A DNA stretch of 64,000 nucleotides from NCBI GenBank assembly GCA_045634385.1, contig JAZRAE010000093.1, positions 5,086-69,085 of the forward strand, read 5' to 3'. The notes under the pieces are model-generated. The model ran no database searches and was not told the origin of the DNA. It was given only the letters and a program-made list of their open reading frames with translations. The translations under genes and the position numbers were made by a program. The stretch comes from Eubacteriales bacterium. GTDB lineage: Bacteria > Bacillota > Clostridia > Oscillospirales > CAG-272. Shown here one piece after another: positions 9,925 through 16,503 of the stretch. Position 1 is the stretch's first letter; each line of letters opens with the position of its first letter.

Positions 9925-10497
9925 TCAAGCTCCTTCCTCAATAAGCTGTCTTTCGCTTCTCATAAGCAGCACCTTAAGTACCACGTTTGCAATCGAAATA
10001 AGCGTCACTGCCAAGAGAACAACAAATATCGGAATTGAAATATCAAACCAGAAGGTTGACTCGATATACTTTGTGTCATATCTATCAGCAAGTTCCGCAA
10101 GCTTCTCAAAATCTATTAAAAGATACTGCGCTCTGAATGCCATAACGTTAATAAGTGCCCAAATAGAAACTCCTATATTGATAGCGGCATTAAGAGCAAC
10201 GGTAACGTAATTTCCTATGTAATATTTTCTTCTCTTATGAGTATTGAACACGAAAAGTGATACAGCCGACAAAATAAGGGCGATACTCACACCCGTTAGC
10301 TGTCTATTGAAGGGCTGTATGTTGTAATATATTTCCGCTCCCTCGACGTACTTTCTCTTTGAAGTAACGTCTGCATAGTTAAAGAGCGAATCGTAAAGGT
10401 CTGTGACCAGGCCGAGTGAGTAAACGAATACCATCACCGCGGCAATAAGCAAGGCATAGCAAACTATGCGCTGGAGAATCATTTGCTTTTTATACAT
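9925..10497 (-). CDS. uncharacterised 4-TM membrane protein
   Basis: 190 aa. Same layout as the 7401-7979 product (basic loop NTHKRRKYY after TM2, charged tail). Confidence 0.5.
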   Translation of the reverse strand: MYKKQMILQRIVCYALLIAAVMVFVYSLGLVTDLYDSLFNYADVTSKRKYVEGAEIYYNIQPFNRQLTGVSIALILSAVSLFVFNTHKRRKYYIGNYVTVALNAAINIGVSIWALINVMAFRAQYLLIDFEKLAELADRYDTKYIESTFWFDISIPIFVVLLAVTLISIANVVLKVLLMRSERQLIEEGA

Positions 10498-10578
10498 ATC
10501 TGTCTCCGTAAAATCTGTTTTCTGTTAGGTTGTTTTGACGAAAAACTTTGATAAAGTGGTATAGCGTGTTATTTTATC

Positions 10579-10611
10579 GGGGCTTTGGGGAGCTTGAAGC
10601 TCCCCTGCCCC
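10579..10611 (-). promoter_or_regulatory. GC-rich intercistronic stem-loop just 3' of the binding-protein gene (no U-tract)
   Basis: GGGGC...GGGGAGC-ttgaa-GCTCCCC...GCCCC nested stems. Its position is typical of mRNA-stabilising hairpins after SBP genes. Confidence 0.5.
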
Positions 10612-10649
10612 ATGGGACGAATCCCGGAAAATTTATTTTTTATCTGCTA

Positions 10650-12869
10650 TTAGTTAAGAGCCTCGTAGTACTCAACAAGTCTTTCCCAAGCATCATTCTT
10701 GTATGCAAGGTAGGTCTCGCCGCCCATACCGCCTTCGGTTACCTTAGCAGCAACCTTAGCAGCAACCTCAGCTGCGGAAGAACCTACGGTAGAATCCTCA
10801 TAGCCCTTGCAAATGAAGTCTATAAGGAGGTTGGACTTGCCACTGGACTGGGAGAACTTACCGTTGGAGGTAAGGTCGCCAAGCTCGTTGATCTTAGCGT
10901 TCTCATCAGCAGTGTTGGGAAGAACGGTGGGAACAGAGGTCCACCAAGGATTCTCGGTAAGAGCAAGCTCGGGATGCTTGATTACGCCAAGACCTATAGC
11001 GGTAGAGATCTTGCCTGCGCCTTCCTTACCAACTGCATGTGTGCACTGATACTCGAATGCCTGGCTCTTTGCGAAGGAAAGAGTAGATCCAAGGTAAATA
11101 CGAGCATAGTTGGTGTAGTTACCGGATGCGAGTGTCCAGAGTTCCTCATAAGTGGAATCTGCGATAACGGGCATTTCGGTGCCGTTGAAGTTGAAGGTTA
11201 CGTAAGAGCCGTCTGCATTGGTCTTGATGAACTCATCGGGACCGTAGGACATAAGGATCATACCCTTGGGAGAGTAAGCATAGTCGATAAGAGCAAGAGC
11301 TGCGTGGAGCTTATCATCGTTACCTGCAACACCTGCAGCGGAGATGCCCCAACCGTCGGTCTTAACAGATCTCCAGGACTCGGTGAATCTCATGAAGGTC
11401 TCACCGGTACCGTCGTTCCAACGAGCAACAGGAATCATAACTGCCATATACTTCTCGCCATCCTGAAGTTTGGTCTCGTTGTAAACAGTCTGAGTCTGGT
11501 TATAGTCGTAGTGCATAAAGCCGTTGTCATTTGCAAGATAGCTATCGGTCTTACCTGCCTCATTCTTTACGAATGCGGAAGCGATAAGTCCTTCCTGAGC
11601 CATTGCGTTCATTCTCTCGATTGCAACGTAGGTATCTGCCTCCTGACGAGCGTCGTGAAGAAGACCGTCATTGCCTACATAGAGGTAATCCTGTCTGGAC
11701 TCAAGACCTCTTACGCCGAAGAGAGTGCCTGCGAATCTGAACATATCAACCTTTCTCTGGTTGTTGTTAGTTTCACGGGAGAAGAGACCCTGAACGTCTT
11801 CAGTACCGTTAAGTGTCTGGGGGTTAGCAACTACGCAACGAAGAAGAGCTACGAGCTCGTCTGCGTCCCAAGCTGCGTTCTGACCGATGAAGAGGTCAGC
11901 ACGGTTGGTGCCGTAGTATCCGCCGTATGCTGCATCGATGTAATCACGGAGCATATTTACAGCCTCAACGCCGGTAACGGTGCCCTTAGCGAGAGCATCG
12001 TTCATAACCTTAACGATGTTGCCTGCTGCATTGTAGTTCTTGGTTACCTGCTCAACTGCGGTGCCTGCTGCGTTAACAACGTCAACGGTAACAGTGCCGG
12101 AAGTGGGCATGTAAGGATCATAAACTGCTGCTGCAAGGTTCTTGGAAGCGGAAGCGGTGAAGTCGCCCTCGCCGTTAAGAAGCTTCTCAACCCAGTCAGT
12201 TCTCATAAGGGGCATACGCTCGATATCGTTAACACCGTCGAAGTAGGGCGAGAAGTAGATTGCGCCGGTCTCGGTGTTACCGGTAATGGAGAGACGTACG
12301 ATGGGGTTAGCCTCAAGGTAAGCCTTGAAGTTAGGCATATGATCGAGATACTTAGAGATATCTACGAGCTTGCCTGCAACGCCATTCTCGGTAAGGAGAG
12401 AAGCGGTACCGGAAACCACATCAACCTCATCAAGTCTCTCTGCCCAGTACTTAAACTCGTCCTGAGCCTTACCACCGGTGTACTTATCTTCGATTTCGAA
12501 CTTAAGAACGTTCTCAACCTCAACCCAAGTGGGCTTAAGATCGCCTACATTGTAGGTCGTACCGTTGGAAAGAGTGATGGAAGACTGGCCTGCAGGGAAG
12601 ATGTCTGCGTGGAAGGAGAGACCGGTCTTAGTAGAGTTGTAGCCTGTTGCCATACGAAGAACAGTACCTTCTGCATAAGGAAGGTCAAATTCTGCGGGAG
12701 CTTCGGGCTCGTCGTCGGGATTTTCATCGCCGCCGGGGGTGGAGTTGTCGCCACCGGGTGTTTCGTTGTCATTGCCGGTGTCGGGTGCGGGCTTAATGCA
12801 TGCTGTGAGAGTAAAGCTCATAAGCATGATAAGAGCGAGCACAAGAGAAAGGATTCTTGCCTTTTTCAT
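10650..12869 (-). CDS. extracellular solute-binding lipoprotein of the LplA/YtcQ-like sugar ABC family (oversized, 739 aa)
   Basis: Lipoprotein signal MKKARILSLVLALIMLMSFTLTAC, then an acidic G/D/P/E linker. GGAGG RBS. Adjacent to LplB/LplC-type permeases. Confidence 0.8.
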   Translation of the reverse strand: MKKARILSLVLALIMLMSFTLTACIKPAPDTGNDNETPGGDNSTPGGDENPDDEPEAPAEFDLPYAEGTVLRMATGYNSTKTGLSFHADIFPAGQSSITLSNGTTYNVGDLKPTWVEVENVLKFEIEDKYTGGKAQDEFKYWAERLDEVDVVSGTASLLTENGVAGKLVDISKYLDHMPNFKAYLEANPIVRLSITGNTETGAIYFSPYFDGVNDIERMPLMRTDWVEKLLNGEGDFTASASKNLAAAVYDPYMPTSGTVTVDVVNAAGTAVEQVTKNYNAAGNIVKVMNDALAKGTVTGVEAVNMLRDYIDAAYGGYYGTNRADLFIGQNAAWDADELVALLRCVVANPQTLNGTEDVQGLFSRETNNNQRKVDMFRFAGTLFGVRGLESRQDYLYVGNDGLLHDARQEADTYVAIERMNAMAQEGLIASAFVKNEAGKTDSYLANDNGFMHYDYNQTQTVYNETKLQDGEKYMAVMIPVARWNDGTGETFMRFTESWRSVKTDGWGISAAGVAGNDDKLHAALALIDYAYSPKGMILMSYGPDEFIKTNADGSYVTFNFNGTEMPVIADSTYEELWTLASGNYTNYARIYLGSTLSFAKSQAFEYQCTHAVGKEGAGKISTAIGLGVIKHPELALTENPWWTSVPTVLPNTADENAKINELGDLTSNGKFSQSSGKSNLLIDFICKGYEDSTVGSSAAEVAAKVAAKVTEGGMGGETYLAYKNDAWERLVEYYEALN

Positions 12870-12962
12870 GGGGGTTTCCTCCGAAAATAAAATTTATTTA
12901 TTATTCTACGCTTTCGCGCATAATAACCGTGAAAATGTAAATGCTGGTTGGCATTTCAAGGG

Positions 12963-13853
12963 TTATTCCTTGACGCCGCCCATATTAACTCCCTTTGCAA
13001 AATACTTTTGAATAAAGGGATAAATGATAAGAACGGGAATTATCGAACAAACGATAAGTGCATAGATTACAGAGTCTGATGCGTACGGCTCATTCCAACC
13101 TGTCATAAATTCGGGGTTGGTGAAGTCCTCAAGCTGACGTCTGATAAATACCTGCAGAGGCTGCTCGTACGAATTTGTTATCATCTGACGTGCCCAGAAG
13201 TAACCGTTCCAACGAGAGATTGCAAAGAATAGTGCAACTGTTGCTATAGTAGACTTGCTCATAGGAAGATATACTCGAGTTAATACCTGGAATTCTGTAG
13301 CACCATCAACTATTGATGCTTCCTCAATCTCTGCGGGAACACCCTCAAAGGCATTACGAAGAAGGATAATGTTCATTGCCGCCATACCCATCGAGATTAC
13401 GACAAGCCACTTGTCATCCATAATTCCAAAGGACTCAAATACCTTACCGGTGGCAAGATAGTTAAGATACTGGGGAACAAGACCTGCAGAGAACCACATG
13501 GTAAACACAAGGAAGAAGTTGAAGCCCTTGCGGAACATAAGTCTCTTTTTGGAGAGAGCATAAGCACCGAGGATGGCAACACCCATCGCCCAAAGTGTAC
13601 CGTAGAAGGTGATAAAGAGTGTGTTGGAGTAAGCGTTCCAGAAGAGGTTGTTGTTGAACATTCTGGCAAATGCCTCAAACTGTATATCCTTTGGGAACAA
13701 AATAATCTTTCCGTACTCAACCGCTTCTCTGCCGCTCATCGCAGCGGAGATAGCATATAGGAACGGGTAAAGACAACATACGGCAAACACCGTAAGGAAC
13801 AGATAACTTAAAATTTTAAAGATAAGCTCGGACACTTCTAATTTTCTTTTCAT
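12963..13853 (-). CDS. carbohydrate ABC transporter permease (LplC/YtcP-like)
   Basis: 296 aa, 6 TM, EAA loop IEEASIVDGATEFQVLTRVYLPM. Confidence 0.85.
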   Translation of the reverse strand: MKRKLEVSELIFKILSYLFLTVFAVCCLYPFLYAISAAMSGREAVEYGKIILFPKDIQFEAFARMFNNNLFWNAYSNTLFITFYGTLWAMGVAILGAYALSKKRLMFRKGFNFFLVFTMWFSAGLVPQYLNYLATGKVFESFGIMDDKWLVVISMGMAAMNIILLRNAFEGVPAEIEEASIVDGATEFQVLTRVYLPMSKSTIATVALFFAISRWNGYFWARQMITNSYEQPLQVFIRRQLEDFTNPEFMTGWNEPYASDSVIYALIVCSIIPVLIIYPFIQKYFAKGVNMGGVKE

Positions 13854-13866
13854 ATCTTTGCCTCCT

Positions 13867-14922
13867 TTAGTATAGTGAAACGTCGGATGCCTTACGGGCT
13901 ATCGTATTTGCACTGATAACGAGAAGCATACCAACAATGTTGTTTAACATCTCTGCGGCAGAGGCAAGGCCTGTCATACCGTCGCCTATACCGTATCTTT
14001 GCGCAAATGTGGAAACAACGTCCGCGGTAGCGTATGTTTTATCGTTGTAAAGAAGAAGAACCTTCTCATAACCTATATTGAGAAGTGAACCAATTCTCGT
14101 GATAAGCATAATAACTATGGTAGAGAGAATGCTGGGGAGAACAACGTATCTCATCTGCGCCATCTTACCTGCACCGTCGATCTGCGCCGCCTCGTAGCTG
14201 GTCGGAGATATCGCGATTATCGCTGCGAAGAATACTATAGAGTCATATCCGGCAGTTTCCCAAATACCGCTTATCTGATAAATAGCACGGAAGTAATCCG
14301 GGTTGTTAAGAAGTCCTAAAGCACCCGAATCCGCCGAGATAGCACCAATACCAACGAGCATCTGCGAGATAATACCCATCTCAATTCCCATATCGGATGA
14401 GGGCTGACGGACAAGCATCGTGATAAGAGATGTCATAACAACCGTAGATATGAATTTAGGAAGGTAAGTAATAACCTGATACACGCTTCTTACAATATTA
14501 CTCTTGATCTCGTTGAAGAACAGAGCAACAATAATCGGTGTCGGGAAACCGAACAGCAATCCGTAGAAGGAAAGGAGGAAGGTGTTACGGAACGCACGCC
14601 AGAACTCGGGAGCGTACGTAGGGTGTGAAAAGAGCATATTGAAGTAGTAGAAGCCTGTATAATTCTGCTCTGCCACTCTAACTGCCTCTTCCTTGAACTT
14701 AAATGCTCCGAGAAGCTCGTACATCGGGAAATAACGCCAGAACAGGAACACCAAGAGCATCGGGATAAGCATTAAGTAAAGACGCCAATCCTTGAGAATG
14801 GTAAGTCCGACGTTTTTCCAATGGTTCTTTTCAACCTCATCACGGACAGCCTGCTCCGCATCCTCGCGGTATTTGCCCGTTTGGGAATCAAAAACCAAAT
14901 AATCATCCGCTTTGATTTTCAT
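13867..14922 (-). CDS. carbohydrate ABC transporter permease (LplB/YteP-like)
   Basis: 351 aa, EAA loop YEAAQIDGAGKMAQMRYVVLPS. Confidence 0.85.
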   Translation of the reverse strand: MKIKADDYLVFDSQTGKYREDAEQAVRDEVEKNHWKNVGLTILKDWRLYLMLIPMLLVFLFWRYFPMYELLGAFKFKEEAVRVAEQNYTGFYYFNMLFSHPTYAPEFWRAFRNTFLLSFYGLLFGFPTPIIVALFFNEIKSNIVRSVYQVITYLPKFISTVVMTSLITMLVRQPSSDMGIEMGIISQMLVGIGAISADSGALGLLNNPDYFRAIYQISGIWETAGYDSIVFFAAIIAISPTSYEAAQIDGAGKMAQMRYVVLPSILSTIVIMLITRIGSLLNIGYEKVLLLYNDKTYATADVVSTFAQRYGIGDGMTGLASAAEMLNNIVGMLLVISANTIARKASDVSLY

Positions 14923-14952
14923 ATAAATTCCTCCATTATGTTAGAGTATTTT

Positions 14953-15537
14953 TTATTCTTCATCTTCCATAGCCTCTCTTTCTCTTTGTAGACGGAAAAG
15001 ATAAGCTTTCTGATCTTCAACAAGGCCGTCAACACCCTTGAGCAACCACAGTATTACCGTTGTAAAAAGCAAGGACAGAACGTCCGAAACAAGAAAGCCC
15101 ACAAGCTCCGAGAAGCCCGCACCAAACGGTAAAGAGAGAAGAAAACGTCCGATAGCAACCGCAACGTAAGCCGACGACGTAAAGAGCAGAGTTTTGAAAA
15201 AGCTCTTTTTGACCGATTCCTTACCGAAAAGCTTGAAGTATATAAGCGATACAAGTGCAAAGAGATTTCCGCCGCAATAGATGAGATAGTGCTCTGCCGA
15301 TGCAGACGATGCTATACAAAACGCAACACCGCCGACTACAGCTATCGCCGCGGCACACAGATTCCATCTGTACATCGCTATAAGTATAAGTGCAAGCGTT
15401 ATCGAAATCGCCATCGGCTGTGCACCAAACCACTTTGATGTAGCAAAAGTCGCTATCAGCTCAAAAACAGCGGTTAAAAAACACAAAATACCAACATCAA
15501 TATTTCGATATTGCTTAAAAGTTATTTGTTTATCCAT
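14953..15537 (-). CDS. uncharacterised polytopic membrane protein (possibly ECF S-component-like); first gene of the locus
   Basis: 194 aa, 5-6 hydrophobic segments, charged tail QREREAMEDEE. The family guess is weak. Confidence 0.4.
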   Translation of the reverse strand: MDKQITFKQYRNIDVGILCFLTAVFELIATFATSKWFGAQPMAISITLALILIAMYRWNLCAAAIAVVGGVAFCIASSASAEHYLIYCGGNLFALVSLIYFKLFGKESVKKSFFKTLLFTSSAYVAVAIGRFLLSLPFGAGFSELVGFLVSDVLSLLFTTVILWLLKGVDGLVEDQKAYLFRLQREREAMEDEE

Positions 15538-16073
15538 TAAGTTTTATCCGTTTTGATTTTTTTGCTTCAATCTATGGCAAAATACCCCAATACTCCACCA
15601 TACATTTTGCCTACATTATATATAATTAACCTAACTCCAACCTTAAGAATTTTGACTCGATATTGCCTTGAACTTAATTTTTTTGATTTTTACTTTAAAT
15701 AATGCCTTAGCACGTAAATTTTCGGTTGGCTTTTTTGTGCATTTTAACTATCGTATTATTATAAGGAAGGCAACTCGTGTGCCCAATCCACCCGGTTTTG
15801 TATAACACACAGACGTTTTATGTCAAATAACACCGCATAAAAAGAGGAGCCGTCTCATTAAGAATTCAAGATAAGCAAAAGAAAAACGAGCAAACCAGAT
15901 GGGCGTACCCTAAAGGACGTTTTTTGAAATTTAGAAATTTAATAGGATATATTACCTACCGACAGAAAAAGGACGAAGAATTGCTAAAATTCCTCATCCT
16001 TTTTTCTTGACAAGCATCGCATTTGTTCGGACAAATGCTGATTGGGCTAAGCCAAAACCCTTATAACGACAGA

Positions 16074-16116
16074 AGAGATAACAAATCGGTTTATAGCCGA
16101 AATGTTATCTCTTTTT
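16074..16116 (+). terminator. orphan plus-strand rho-independent terminator-like hairpin
   Basis: AGAGATAACA-(19 nt with inner TCGG/CCGA stem)-TGTTATCTCT followed by TTTTT. There is no annotated plus-strand gene upstream. Confidence 0.45.
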
Positions 16117-16122
16117 CTATTG

Positions 16123-16325
16123 GTGAAGTTTTTGCTGCCGCAAAAGTGAAGTTGCTATGCAGTGAAGTACGTGCTATCGCACGAGTGAAGTCAAGTTTGC
16201 CCACTTTGCCGTAGGCAAAACTTCACTATCCGTAGGATAACTTCACTATCCGTAGAATAACTTCACTATCCGTAGGATAACTTCACTTACGAAGTATACT
16301 TCACTTGCCCATAAGGGCAAACTTA
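16123..16325. repeat. inverted word array: 4x GTGAAGT then 5x ACTTCAC, each word separated by a mini-palindrome; includes a 20-bp tandem repeat x3
   Basis: GTGAAGT at 16123, 16146, 16162, 16185. ACTTCAC at 16220, 16240, 16260, 16280, 16298. Unit CTTCACTATCCGTAGGATAA repeats at 16221/16241/16261. Confidence 0.9.
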
Positions 16326-16361
16326 GTTATGCGTGTTCTCCGTTTAAAGCTTATATTATTT

Positions 16362-16400
16362 ACGGTAGGAGCACGAAATTTCGTACCCCTACCGTTTTTG
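16362..16400 (+). terminator. plus-strand terminator-like hairpin downstream of the word array
   Basis: ACGGTAGG-AGCACGAAATTTCGTACC-CCTACCGT followed by TTTTT. Confidence 0.5.
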
Positions 16401-16503
16401 TTCGGTTGCGCTTAAATGCGACAGCCCCTTAAAGAATTAAGAGTTCAATATTGTTTTAAAAATGAATGTTGTAATAAATCGATCTTACAAAAGCCTTGTC
16501 ACA

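Noticed and set aside
10548-12890. 780-aa plus-strand ORF, the longest ORF in this region
   Set aside because: It is exactly codon-aligned antisense to the binding-lipoprotein gene. Its translation is a low-complexity C/V/G/L-rich string with no RBS or known motif. The minus-strand product has a lipobox, a GGAGG RBS and SBP context. The open antisense frame is a by-product of the sense gene lacking TTA, CTA and TCA codons.
16023-16214. 63-aa ORF in the large intergenic gap
   Set aside because: It has a TTG start and no RBS, reads straight through the GTGAAGT repeat units, and is most likely non-coding.
16221-16304. 20-bp tandem repeats considered as a CRISPR array
   Set aside because: The units are contiguous with no spacers, only about 4 copies are present, and there are no cas genes in the window. 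The repeats are one arm of an inverted word array.
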